Shown here: positions 1 to 8,552 of the stretch, piece after piece
Layout of the letters: the number at the start of each line of letters is the position of its first letter
Numbering within the stretch: position 1 is the stretch's first letter
DNA from: a virus
Lineage: Duplodnaviria > Caudoviricetes
Length of the DNA stretch: 43,243 bases
Strand: one strand, 5' to 3'
Virus record (IMG/VR): IMGVR_UViG_3300032243_001205
Span: 1 to 43,243 of that record
Notes under the pieces: model-generated
The model's input: only the letters and a program-made list of their open reading frames with translations
Told to the model about the DNA's origin: nothing
Databases searched by the model: none
Position numbers and translations under genes: made by a program

Positions 1-288
1 AAGTATCAAATCCAGTGTATGAAGTCACGCAGTAGTACTGGTGTGGGCATGAAAATTGACCTGGACTACAACATTGAAACCATGCGTATCACAGATCCAG
101 GTGAAGAAGCTGGTCCAGTTAATTCATTCGGTAGAGGTAATATACTGGATACAATCAAGGCAAAAAGCAATATTGTCACGGGCACAGAATCAGCTGATCC
201 TAGTAGTCGCGAAGACACCGGGCGGATTACAGCCGACGTGCAAAGTGCCAAATTAAAGCAGTTATTGGGCCAGATAAAAGCCAATTAA
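1..288 (+). CDS. Replicative DNA helicase (DnaB/T4 gp41-like), C-terminal fragment, 5' truncated
   Basis: Frame open from base 1 (KYQIQCMKSRSSTGVGMKIDLDYNIETMRITD); KSR resembles the SF4 helicase arginine-finger motif followed by a low-complexity tail. Confidence 0.7.
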   Translation, partial: KYQIQCMKSRSSTGVGMKIDLDYNIETMRITDPGEEAGPVNSFGRGNILDTIKAKSNIVTGTESADPSSREDTGRITADVQSAKLKQLLGQIKAN

Positions 289-316
289 ATTGTCGTCGAA
301 CTCTGACCAAAACCGC

Positions 317-322
317 TAAATA
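317..322 (+). promoter_or_regulatory. T4-type late promoter core TAAATA
   Basis: CTAAATA in the intergenic gap 22 nt before ATG 345; motif recurs upstream of many genes in the window. Confidence 0.55.
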
Positions 323-344
323 ATAAAAAGGTTCTGGGCCCAAA

Positions 345-593
345 ATGCAAAAGAAAACTCGTAGCTTATTAGAAGAATTGGACTCAATGTACATCGAGCG
401 CGATCAGCGCCATGTGATTGAAAACCGTGCATCTAACGTGATAGCCAGTGCCATACGCTTGCTAGAGCAGATTGACGAGAGTTATAGTGCTGAAGATGCG
501 CAGAACCTACAGCGCAAATTGCTCAATGCTATCAACCAGCGTGACCCAGGCAAATTTACCCGCACAGTGAGACGTACAGATGCAAATTCATGA
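345..593 (+). CDS. Hypothetical helical protein (82 aa)
   Basis: ORF after late promoter, overlaps start of next gene. Confidence 0.75.
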   Translation: MQKKTRSLLEELDSMYIERDQRHVIENRASNVIASAIRLLEQIDESYSAEDAQNLQRKLLNAINQRDPGKFTRTVRRTDANS

Positions 594-1476
594 GATAACA
601 CAACAGAAATTAGACGAAGGTCTTGGCAGTATAGCAGGAGGTATTGCCGGCGGAATATCTAATTTTGCTAATAAAGTAGCGGGTGCAGTATCACCTGTTG
701 GTGCTGCAAAAAACGCTTATGCCTCGGCCGTAAAACCACAACAGATAAAAATGATAGCTGATAAAGCCTACAATGGCTGGAAACAATACGAAAAAACTCT
801 ATTACAAAGCAATCCAGATGCTAGAACCGACGGTATGTACGAACAGGCCTTGTTGGCATTTGTGGTTAAAAATTTGTTAAGTGGACAGTATCTACCCAAT
901 GTCATTAACAAAGATAAAATTACAGCATTGGTTAAACAACTAAGCGGATCCGGCCAAGCACCTGCACAAAAAAATCCTGCTCAAGAACCGCCTGCTACCA
1001 CACCACCTGCTCAAGAACCGCCTGCTACCACACCACCTGCACAAAAAAATCCTGCACCAAAAAAACCTCGCACAAAAAAAGCTCCCGCTAATGCCGCCGG
1101 TGCTGGTGTGTTTAACCAAATGGCTACCCAACTAAGTGAAGTTGCTGGAGCCTTGACCCCACAACAAGAAAAAGATCTATGGTTAAAATTAACACAACAG
1201 GCCGCAGTGGCAACCTCTCATGCTCCGGGTACTAATATTCAACAAAAACCAGGTACTCCCGGTGATGATTCTGATAATGGTACCGCAGGTGGTGCCGGTG
1301 ATGCTCGTTCGTATGCTACTCAATTAGCAAAACATACCCAAGATGCAAAGACAAAAGAAGCTTTTGATTTATTTGTCAACACATCTAACTCACAAACCGG
1401 TGGTATCAATGTAAAATCTACTGGCAATCCTGTAGCCGATGCCTTGTTGATTTCGGCTGGTTTTAGAGGCCTCTAA
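580..1476 (+). CDS. Hypothetical protein, possible internal head protein, with Pro/Ala/Thr repeat linker
   Basis: 298 aa ORF; N-terminus MQIHEI; PAQEPPATTP repeats. Confidence 0.7.
   Translation: MQIHEITQQKLDEGLGSIAGGIAGGISNFANKVAGAVSPVGAAKNAYASAVKPQQIKMIADKAYNGWKQYEKTLLQSNPDARTDGMYEQALLAFVVKNLLSGQYLPNVINKDKITALVKQLSGSGQAPAQKNPAQEPPATTPPAQEPPATTPPAQKNPAPKKPRTKKAPANAAGAGVFNQMATQLSEVAGALTPQQEKDLWLKLTQQAAVATSHAPGTNIQQKPGTPGDDSDNGTAGGAGDARSYATQLAKHTQDAKTKEAFDLFVNTSNSQTGGINVKSTGNPVADALLISAGFRGL
961..1055 (+). repeat. In-frame A-B-B-A repeat: exact 30-bp tandem CCTGCTCAAGAACCGCCTGCTACCACACCA x2 flanked by CCTGCACAAAAAAATCCTGC x2
   Basis: Units at 976-1005 and 1006-1035; flanks 961-980 and 1036-1055. 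Confidence 0.9.
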
Positions 1477-3401
1477 TGAATCTACTCGAAGGTGGCAACG
1501 TATTCAAGGATGCCAAAGGCCAACCTCGCACACAGCGTATCAATCAGACTGATGTAAAATCAACCTTGGCCTGGCTGGAAGAAATGTTGCCTGGGCTTGA
1601 CCTACAAAACAATACACTAGGTAGCACTGGTATCAAAGATACGTCGGGCGACCTGGACATTGCTGTAGACGCCGATCAAGTGACCAAAGAACAATTGGAA
1701 ACACAATTACGACAGTGGGCCACCAGCCACGGATTCCGACCCGAAGAATGGGTCAAAAAGTCTGGAACCGCTGTACACTTCCTTACACCTATCAACGGAC
1801 ATCCCGACCAAGGCTATGTGCAGACTGACTTCATGTTTATGAAAAATGTGCCATGGTCAAAGTTTGTGCTAGGTGCCATGCCCGCAGATTCCAAGTACAA
1901 GGGACGTGAGCGCAATGTGCTAATGAATTCAATAGCCAAGAGCATGGGTTACAAACTCAATCAAGTGAGTGGCATTGCTGACCGTGCCACAGACAAAATC
2001 ATCACTGATGATCCAGACGCAGTGGCCAAACTGTTGTTGAACCGTACAGCCACCCGACAAGACCTGGCTAGTGTAGAATCAATCTTACAAGCATTAAGCA
2101 CAGATCCCAAGCGTGATGCCAAACTGGCTGACTTCCGCGAACATATGAAGCGTGAAGGCCTACCGTTTATGGAAGGAGTTGATGTCAATCCTTACATGGA
2201 ATACAGTGATGTAAACTTCTTGGCTCGCCTGCGTGATCGTATTGTGAATCAAGGCATGCGTCCATTGATTGAGAGTGAAGTGCAAGGTGGACGTGCCAAA
2301 GGCATCGAACATCTCGAAGATTTGGTTTTCCGTAACGGCAGTGAAGGTATCAAACGAGCCCTGGATATTGTGCGTCATACTGCCGCTGACACTGGTCGTA
2401 CCACCACAGTCAAATGGGATGGCAAACCAGCTCTGGTATTTGGCCGCGATGATGCAGGAACATTTGTCCTAACCGACGTTGCCGGATTTACAGCTCGAGG
2501 ATATGACGGTCTGTTTACCAGCCCTAGACAAGTGCGCCAACACTTGGCCGCCAGAGATGCAGATGCTCGAGCTCAGGGTCGTCCGGCTACTCGTGTGGAA
2601 ACCTTGGCTCCCATTTACGATCAACTATGGAGCATGTTAGATGCTGCTGTGCCCAAAACCTACCAGGGATTTGTGCAAGGTGATTTATTGTACACGTCAA
2701 CACCACCATTAGAAGCTGGTAACTATGTGTTTACTCCCAACACTGTGACATATCGAATTCCAGCGGCCAGTGACATGGGTCAAAGGATAGGTGCCAGCGA
2801 TGTGGGCATTGCCATGCACACACGATACGCCGAACCTGGTGCGCCAAAAGAACCCCTGGGCCGTGTGGAGTTTAACAGTGTGCCAGGGTTACTGTTGCTG
2901 GAACCGACCTACGCCAAAGAAAATGTGCGCCCAAATACCGAATTGGTAAAACAACTCCGAGCGGTTTACAATGGCCAAGGTGCCGCAATTGATCAACTGT
3001 TTGATCCGGCTGAACTCCGCGCCTTGCAGATCACTGATTTGCCCAAGTTATGTGTAGATTACATTAACAGTCGTGTGGGCACAGGATTTGACAACCTGTT
3101 GGCCAACCTTGGTCCGTGGCTCCAACAACGAGTTACTGCCAAAAAGTTCAATAATATTGTAGAATATCTGCAGAGTCCACGTAGTAATTTGGCAGGCATG
3201 ACCGCGGCATTTACTGCTTGGGCCTTGCTACACGACATCAAAATGGATATTTTGAATCAACTTGACCTACAACATCCTGGACAAGAAGGCTGGGTCATGT
3301 CTACCCATGCCGGCATGGCCAAGGCTGTAAATCGTTTGGCCGGTGGATTTACTGCCGCTAATCGCGCCTTAAATAACCCAGAATCTGTGGCAAACTCCTG
3401 A
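1476..3401 (+). CDS. Two-domain protein: Pol-beta-superfamily nucleotidyltransferase fused to an ATP-dependent ligase-like (DUF6267-type) domain
   Basis: LGSTG..SGDLDIAVD plus QTDFMF (GS...DxD...D); C-half TVKWDGKP, VQGDLLY, QEGWV, AKAVNR resembling ligase motifs I, III, IV, V. Confidence 0.65.
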   Translation: MNLLEGGNVFKDAKGQPRTQRINQTDVKSTLAWLEEMLPGLDLQNNTLGSTGIKDTSGDLDIAVDADQVTKEQLETQLRQWATSHGFRPEEWVKKSGTAVHFLTPINGHPDQGYVQTDFMFMKNVPWSKFVLGAMPADSKYKGRERNVLMNSIAKSMGYKLNQVSGIADRATDKIITDDPDAVAKLLLNRTATRQDLASVESILQALSTDPKRDAKLADFREHMKREGLPFMEGVDVNPYMEYSDVNFLARLRDRIVNQGMRPLIESEVQGGRAKGIEHLEDLVFRNGSEGIKRALDIVRHTAADTGRTTTVKWDGKPALVFGRDDAGTFVLTDVAGFTARGYDGLFTSPRQVRQHLAARDADARAQGRPATRVETLAPIYDQLWSMLDAAVPKTYQGFVQGDLLYTSTPPLEAGNYVFTPNTVTYRIPAASDMGQRIGASDVGIAMHTRYAEPGAPKEPLGRVEFNSVPGLLLLEPTYAKENVRPNTELVKQLRAVYNGQGAAIDQLFDPAELRALQITDLPKLCVDYINSRVGTGFDNLLANLGPWLQQRVTAKKFNNIVEYLQSPRSNLAGMTAAFTAWALLHDIKMDILNQLDLQHPGQEGWVMSTHAGMAKAVNRLAGGFTAANRALNNPESVANS

Positions 3402-3415
3402 TTTTAGCCAAAAGG

Positions 3416-3423
3416 TATAAATA
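3416..3423 (+). promoter_or_regulatory. Perfect T4-type late promoter TATAAATA
   Basis: Exact T4 gp55 consensus, upstream of AAGGAG RBS and ATG 3464. Confidence 0.8.
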
Positions 3424-3463
3424 AAAGTAGGCCCATTGTGGCCATATATTAAGGAGAATTAAA

Positions 3464-3865
3464 ATGGCTTATATTACTAAAGTTTCTGGTGGTTCACAAC
3501 CAGTATTTGCAACAGACGTATTGAACGGTCCAGTTGCTCAGACAGCTAACATTGCTGCTCAAGGTCCTTTTAACCCAGCTGGTCCCAAGTTAGACTTCTT
3601 CAGCGTTACAGCTAATGCAAGTTTGGCAAGTCAAGGTGGTGTTAATCAATACGTTGCTAACGTATTGCAGGCAGTTCAACAGACAGCTACCGTAGCTATC
3701 GCTCAAGTTGGTCCAAACCCAGCAGTTCTTTCTGTTGCTGTTTATCCAACAGGCGCATTTACAACAGCTACATTTGTTGCCGCTTGCCAAACAGCTAACG
3801 CTGCAATTGGTATCTCAACAGCAAACGTTGCAAACTCTGCTACATTTACAAGTTTAGTTTCTTAA
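3464..3865 (+). CDS. Highly expressed late protein, probably a virion (head decoration-type) protein
   Basis: Own late promoter, strong RBS, own terminator; strong GCT/GTT/AAC/GGT codon bias; Ala/Thr/Val-rich. Confidence 0.65.
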   Translation: MAYITKVSGGSQPVFATDVLNGPVAQTANIAAQGPFNPAGPKLDFFSVTANASLASQGGVNQYVANVLQAVQQTATVAIAQVGPNPAVLSVAVYPTGAFTTATFVAACQTANAAIGISTANVANSATFTSLVS

Positions 3866-3890
3866 TAGTCACTAGTTTGTATAACACAAT

Positions 3891-3913
3891 AAACCTGCTT
3901 CGGCAGGTTTTTT
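3891..3913 (+). terminator. Rho-independent terminator with C(UUCG)G tetraloop
   Basis: AAACCTGC-TTCG-GCAGGTTT-TTT directly after the 3464 gene. Confidence 0.9.
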
Positions 3914-3914
3914 G

Positions 3915-3952
3915 TTGACTTATCTAAGGGTCTCGTTATAATAACTTAAATA
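3915..3952 (+). promoter_or_regulatory. Sigma70-type promoter (TTGACT-16-TATAAT) followed by late core TAAATA
   Basis: TTGACT 3915-3920, TATAAT 3937-3942, TAAATA 3947-3952, ATG 3960. Confidence 0.6.
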
Positions 3953-3959
3953 CTAGATC

Positions 3960-4214
3960 ATGATGGTTAGCAAAATTACAGAATTGACAGTGTTTGAAAG
4001 TCCCGATGGTGGTCGTACTGTGTATGCCAGAAAGCCCGGGGACATTCGTCGCGAACTGCATTATCAAGATCCCAAACTACAACAAGAACTCAGAGACCTG
4101 GAAAGTCAGAAACGTTGGACAGAGATATTCCTGGCTCGTCGTGACAATGTTGAACTCAATGACTTGTGTGAAAAGGTTGAATTGCTCTACGAGCTAAGGA
4201 AACAACCTGAATGA
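3960..4214 (+). CDS. Hypothetical phage protein (FESPDGGRTVYAR motif)
   Basis: 84 aa ORF; ATGA-coupled to next gene. Confidence 0.75.
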   Translation: MMVSKITELTVFESPDGGRTVYARKPGDIRRELHYQDPKLQQELRDLESQKRWTEIFLARRDNVELNDLCEKVELLYELRKQPE

Positions 4215-4639
4215 AATTTGCTTGCCAAACCCTATTTGATATCACTGCCACCGGCGTCACTGGACATTGCAGAACAAATCGCATGCCGTTCCAGGATCAT
4301 GCTGGACAGATTATTCGAGATGAAGCCGCATGGAATCGCAGCCGCAATCAGCAACGCAATTGGGAAACTATCACCCAGATCTTGAGTCTGCGCACACAGT
4401 TGTTTGATTTGACCCTGCCCATACCGGATCAAACTGGCACACGCTGGATGTTTGAATTTGAAACCGAATCTGCAGGTGTTTATGGATCTGACGAAGACCC
4501 TGTCGCAGTATTACGAATGGATGCTGCTGGAGTTCCCATGTTGCGTGAACTCAATAACGACCCAGATATTGACACTGTTTTGGTCACAGAAGGCCCCCGC
4601 CAAAACATTTGGTTTGCCCCGATCTCCATAAATAATTAA
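4211..4639 (+). CDS. Hypothetical protein (142 aa)
   Basis: ORF coupled to the previous gene. Confidence 0.75.
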   Translation: MKFACQTLFDITATGVTGHCRTNRMPFQDHAGQIIRDEAAWNRSRNQQRNWETITQILSLRTQLFDLTLPIPDQTGTRWMFEFETESAGVYGSDEDPVAVLRMDAAGVPMLRELNNDPDIDTVLVTEGPRQNIWFAPISINN

Positions 4640-4686
4640 CAGGGTTTGTCAATAGACAGCCCGCTAAAATAAAGAGAACAACAATC

Positions 4687-4950
4687 ATGGTTGAGGCCAC
4701 TGAAATTGAAAAGAAAAGTTTAGAAGCGCATGTGGAACTCTGCGCCGAACGCTACAATGCACTAGAAGATAAAATGACTGCTATGAGCGAAAATATTACT
4801 CATCTGTGCGAAATGGTCAAAGAAGTCAAGGCCAGTGTCAGCAAAATGAGTGAAAAAAACACTGACAGATTGATCACCTGGGGCATTGGCATTATTGGAT
4901 TTTTGTCTGCATCAACGATCTATTTAATATCTCACTACGTTCTTAAATGA
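4687..4950 (+). CDS. Small coiled-coil protein with C-terminal TM helix (XhlA/holin-like architecture)
   Basis: LEAHVELCAERYNALEDKM coiled coil then LITWGIGIIGFLSASTIYLI; late core TAAATA at 4629-4634. Confidence 0.6.
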   Translation: MVEATEIEKKSLEAHVELCAERYNALEDKMTAMSENITHLCEMVKEVKASVSKMSEKNTDRLITWGIGIIGFLSASTIYLISHYVLK

Positions 4951-5444
4951 AGTCAGACCAAGATTTTGAGCGGCTATTTCGCCAAGAATTTCGTGACATC
5001 ATGCCCAATACTATTTGGCAAAACGATCATGGAGTTTATGAAGCATTTGGGCGTTATCGTATAGAACCAGCTCGTCCGGGATATAGGGTATTTTGCAGTG
5101 CCTCAGATGTGGGTGTTTTTTCCACTACTCGTACAGCACTCAGTTGGTGCATAGCCGATAAACATCGTGCTTATAATACCGCTAGAGAACTGCTGACCGT
5201 GGACAACAAACTGACAGCACTGACACAGGATATCAATGCCAGAGCTGCCATGGGCGATCGTAGCCGTGATCCGGCGTTCCGTGAAACCATATTGGTCAAG
5301 CTGGAAAGCAAAATTATACAGAAAAAACAGCTGGAGAATCAACTGACCAAATGTATTAACTGGGCTAAATATATTCAACAACAAGGATTCGATAATGAAA
5401 CTGCAAGAACTGGCCGTAGCCAACCCAAAAAAGCAAGCCGCTAA
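4947..5444 (+). CDS. Hypothetical protein (165 aa)
   Basis: ATGA-coupled ORF. Confidence 0.7.
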   Translation: MKSDQDFERLFRQEFRDIMPNTIWQNDHGVYEAFGRYRIEPARPGYRVFCSASDVGVFSTTRTALSWCIADKHRAYNTARELLTVDNKLTALTQDINARAAMGDRSRDPAFRETILVKLESKIIQKKQLENQLTKCINWAKYIQQQGFDNETARTGRSQPKKASR

Positions 5445-6249
5445 GGTTTTTGAAAGCTATTTCGGTAATAGCTTCAAAATTGACGCCATTACCCCAACAC
5501 AAGCTCGTGGTTTATTAAGCCGTGTGCGCAGTCTAGTGGCAGAACATCGCCGTACTCCTGAGTTCCATCGCAGTGAACAAAATCCCAATTATCTAAAATT
5601 AATTGTCATGGAACAGGCCTTGGCCGCCAGAGTCGCAGAAGATGGCCAACCAATGACAACGCCAATGGCTGCCGCTAATCCGGCCGACGCACAGAAACAA
5701 CAGGCCCTGATGACCGCACAACAACAACAAAGGAAACGTCAACTGCAAGATGAAATCAAAGAGTTGCAGGCACAGATGGCTGAAAAACAAAAACAAATAA
5801 ACAACCCTGTCATGTCCATGACTGAGACTCGACTACAACGCAGACTGCGTGAAGCCAGTGAAGTACAACAGGCCCAGGTTGTCTTGGCCAGCCAAGACAT
5901 GGTAGATCAAGTGCAAAAGATGATTGAGCAAGTTACTGCCATGCAGTTCAAAGACCTGCCGGCTCTAGTTGATCAGATCAAGAATGAAGTTGGTGTTGAT
6001 CAAGCTGGTCAATTCAACACAGATGCTACTGGTGCACTAGGTGGCCTGGTTCAAAACTTACAAGGCGCCAAGCAACAATTAGAAGTTGCACTTGGTGTGG
6101 TCACAGGACAGGCTCCACAAGTGCCCGGTCAAGAAATGGCAACGGCACCTGTGGTTGAACCCGGTGCCGAGATGCCAGCAGAATTATCTGCTCCCGAAGA
6201 AGAACCAGTGGAACCAGTGGCCGCCGGTCTTGGACGTGAACGTAGATAA
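5395..6249 (+). CDS. Gln-rich coiled-coil protein, possible prohead core/internal protein
   Basis: 284 aa; MKLQEL start; C-terminal GLGRERR; AAGGA RBS. Confidence 0.7.
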   Translation: MKLQELAVANPKKQAAKVFESYFGNSFKIDAITPTQARGLLSRVRSLVAEHRRTPEFHRSEQNPNYLKLIVMEQALAARVAEDGQPMTTPMAAANPADAQKQQALMTAQQQQRKRQLQDEIKELQAQMAEKQKQINNPVMSMTETRLQRRLREASEVQQAQVVLASQDMVDQVQKMIEQVTAMQFKDLPALVDQIKNEVGVDQAGQFNTDATGALGGLVQNLQGAKQQLEVALGVVTGQAPQVPGQEMATAPVVEPGAEMPAELSAPEEEPVEPVAAGLGRERR

Positions 6250-6584
6250 TGTTAATCCGCGAAGTAGCTGATCCTGATGCAAAAAAACTGGCTGCCTTAA
6301 GCCAGTTTTTGCTTGGCCGTAGCAAAGATGAAATGGCCAAGAAACAGATCAGTCAACAGGCTTTTATTGAATTGGCCCGCAGTCTAGGAGTCAATGTCAC
6401 TTCCGAAACCCTCGGTGAATTGATCAGCCAACCACCTTTGAGCAATCTGCTGGAACCCTTGCAACCCAATTCTGGTGTGGTTCGATTCCGAGGTGATACC
6501 GAAACTGTCACTGGCATGAGTGTGGATCAAGCTAGAGCGGTAGTAGACTCAAATGCCAAAGCGGCCTTGAAGCGTCGACAGTGA
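6249..6584 (+). CDS. Hypothetical protein (111 aa)
   Basis: TAATG-coupled ORF, MLIREV start. Confidence 0.75.
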   Translation: MLIREVADPDAKKLAALSQFLLGRSKDEMAKKQISQQAFIELARSLGVNVTSETLGELISQPPLSNLLEPLQPNSGVVRFRGDTETVTGMSVDQARAVVDSNAKAALKRRQ

Positions 6585-6593
6585 TCGGTTCGG

Positions 6594-6622
6594 TTGACTT
6601 TTATTGTACTATCAAGTATAGT
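6594..6622 (+). promoter_or_regulatory. Sigma70-type early promoter TTGACT-17-TATAGT
   Basis: -35 at 6594-6599, -10 at 6617-6622, GGAGG RBS then ATG 6638. Confidence 0.7.
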
Positions 6623-6637
6623 AAGATTGGAGGCAAT

Positions 6638-6934
6638 ATGAAAAAACTCGTAGCTGTTTTATTACTAGTGTCGGCCACAGTGGCCAATGCACACGGCTAT
6701 CACCGTGGTGGATATTGGGTCGGTCCTGCTGTCTTTGGTGGTGTAGTTGGTTACAGTCTGGCTCGTCCTTACTACTATCCTCCTTACTACTATCCTGCAC
6801 CTCCGCCCATAGTGGTACAACAGCCTCCGGTTTATATCCAACAACCCAACCCAGCACCGGGAAATATGCATCAAGAAACCATCTTGGATGCACACTGTAA
6901 CTGTTATAGAACAGTATGGGTCGTCGACCGATGA
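6638..6934 (+). CDS. Secreted Pro/Tyr-rich small protein
   Basis: Start moved to ATG 6638 (GGAGG); signal peptide MKKLVAVLLLVSATVANA; PYYYPPYYYPAPPP; C-terminal CNC. Confidence 0.75.
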   Translation: MKKLVAVLLLVSATVANAHGYHRGGYWVGPAVFGGVVGYSLARPYYYPPYYYPAPPPIVVQQPPVYIQQPNPAPGNMHQETILDAHCNCYRTVWVVDR

Positions 6935-7083
6935 AATTTTTGTGTTTTGTCTTGGTCATGTCGACGGCGTTGACTACAACTGCAGCTGGGCTTGGAAATT
7001 TGTTTGATCTAACAAAAAAACCTGCACCAACACCCCAACCTACTCCACAACCACCAAAGCCACCACAACCAGTGAAGAAATAA
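6931..7083 (+). CDS. Small secreted Pro-rich peptide (50 aa, not in ORF track)
   Basis: MKFLCFVLVMSTALTTTAAGLGNLFDLTKKPAPTPQPTPQPPKPPQPVKK; ATGA overlap upstream, fills the gap to iscU exactly. Confidence 0.6.
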   Translation: MKFLCFVLVMSTALTTTAAGLGNLFDLTKKPAPTPQPTPQPPKPPQPVKK

Positions 7084-7084
7084 T

Positions 7085-7462
7085 ATGGCATACTCTGACA
7101 AGGTAATTGATCACTACGAAAATCCTCGTAATGTTGGTCGGATGGACATAGACGACACAGTAGGCACTGGTATGGTCGGAGCCCCAGCTTGCGGTGACGT
7201 GATGAAACTACAGATCCGAGTAGAAGATGGGATTATAACAGATGCAAAATTCAAAACATATGGCTGTGGGTCGGCGATCGCTTCAAGCTCACTGGTCACA
7301 GAATGGGTCAAGGGCAAAACGCTGGAGCAGGCTGGCGCAATTAAGAATGCTGAGATTGCAGAGGAACTCGCACTCCCGCCGGTTAAGATCCATTGTAGTA
7401 TCCTTGCGGAAGACGCTATTAAGGCGGCAATAAATGATTACCTTAACAAGCACAGCAGCTAA
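7085..7462 (+). CDS. iscU: Fe-S cluster scaffold protein IscU
   Basis: MAYSDKVIDHYENPRNVG, PACGD, YGCGS, LPPVKIHC. Confidence 0.97.
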   Translation: MAYSDKVIDHYENPRNVGRMDIDDTVGTGMVGAPACGDVMKLQIRVEDGIITDAKFKTYGCGSAIASSSLVTEWVKGKTLEQAGAIKNAEIAEELALPPVKIHCSILAEDAIKAAINDYLNKHSS

Positions 7463-7757
7463 CAAAATCCAAGCCAATCTAGAAAAGCGCGGAGCCGGCA
7501 TAGGCATCTGTGTAGGTGTAAGAACCACTGGTTGCAGCGGCATGGCCTATACCTTGGAATATCTAGATGCACCCTGGCCCAAACATCTGTATAGATTTGA
7601 CAGTAAAGGCACCAGTGTATATGTAGACCCTAAGGATTTGGTCTATCTAGATGGCATGACAATAGACTATGTGCGCCAGGGATTGAATGAAGGCTTTGAA
7701 TTCAACAATCCACAGGCTCGAGATCATTGCGGTTGCGGAGAATCATTTAGAGTATAG
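7434..7757 (+). CDS. iscA: Fe-S cluster assembly A-type carrier IscA (HesB family)
   Basis: MITLT, TTGCSG, IDYV..GL..GF.FNNP, CGCGESF. Confidence 0.95.
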   Translation: MITLTSTAANKIQANLEKRGAGIGICVGVRTTGCSGMAYTLEYLDAPWPKHLYRFDSKGTSVYVDPKDLVYLDGMTIDYVRQGLNEGFEFNNPQARDHCGCGESFRV

Positions 7758-7763
7758 TAGTGG

Positions 7764-7792
7764 TTGTCCAATTGCTGTAACAGTGTTATAAT
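7764..7792 (+). promoter_or_regulatory. Sigma70-type promoter TTGTCC-17-(TGn)TATAAT, likely leaderless
   Basis: -10 ends 7792; ATG at 7799; no SD. Confidence 0.65.
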
Positions 7793-7798
7793 TGTTTG

Positions 7799-8515
7799 AT
7801 GTATAATCCAAAATTCCCCTATCACGAATTATCACGCACCACCGAAGACGGACGCAGACTGTATCTTACGCCTGACGGACGCCGGGTGCCCAGTGTTACA
7901 ACCATACTCAGTGCCACACAACCAGCTGAAAAAAAGGAAGCCCTGAATCAATGGCGTAATCGTGTTGGGCATGCTCAAGCCCAGGCCATTACTACAGATG
8001 CTGCCAATCGCGGCACCAGAATGCACAAGTATCTTGAAGACTATATCAAGGATGGGGTACTCAAAGAACGCGGGTCAAATCCATTCAGTTTTGCCAGTCA
8101 TGCCATGGCACAGACTGTGATTGAAGATGGACTGGTAAATGTCAACGAAATTTGGGGTGTAGAAATACCCCTGTACTTTCCGCAACTGTATGCCGGAACC
8201 ACAGATGGATGCGGCTTGCATTTCAACGATGAAAGTATTTTAGACTACAAGCAAACCAACAAACCCAAACGTGCAGAATGGATTGAAGATTATTATTTGC
8301 AATTGGTGGCCTATGCCCTGGCACACAATGAAGTTTACGGTACCAACATACGCAAAGGTGTAGTCCTGATGTGCGTAAAACCACCGGTTGATCCCATCAC
8401 CATGGAACCCACTGCTCGCCCAGAATACCAGGAATTCGTACTAAAACCCGAAGATTTTGACCGTTGGGCCGATGCTTGGTGGCGCAGGCTAGAGCAATAT
8501 TACTTGATGGCTTAA
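7799..8515 (+). CDS. PD-(D/E)XK exonuclease (Cas4/MGME1-like phage exonuclease)
   Basis: PSVTTILS, RGTRMHKYLE, YAGTTD, LDYKQ, YYLQLVAYA. Confidence 0.85.
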   Translation: MYNPKFPYHELSRTTEDGRRLYLTPDGRRVPSVTTILSATQPAEKKEALNQWRNRVGHAQAQAITTDAANRGTRMHKYLEDYIKDGVLKERGSNPFSFASHAMAQTVIEDGLVNVNEIWGVEIPLYFPQLYAGTTDGCGLHFNDESILDYKQTNKPKRAEWIEDYYLQLVAYALAHNEVYGTNIRKGVVLMCVKPPVDPITMEPTARPEYQEFVLKPEDFDRWADAWWRRLEQYYLMA

Positions 8516-8552
8516 ACAGCTAAATACTGGATAGAATTCAAGGACGACTAAC

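Noticed and set aside
6612-7091. 159-aa minus-strand ORF and the many other antisense/alternate-frame ORFs in the track
   Set aside because: Shadows of well-supported plus-strand genes, with no RBS or recognisable motifs
7799-8515. Cas4 as evidence of a CRISPR-Cas system
   Set aside because: Lacks the four-Cys Fe-S motif; common stand-alone phage PD-(D/E)XK exonuclease; no array
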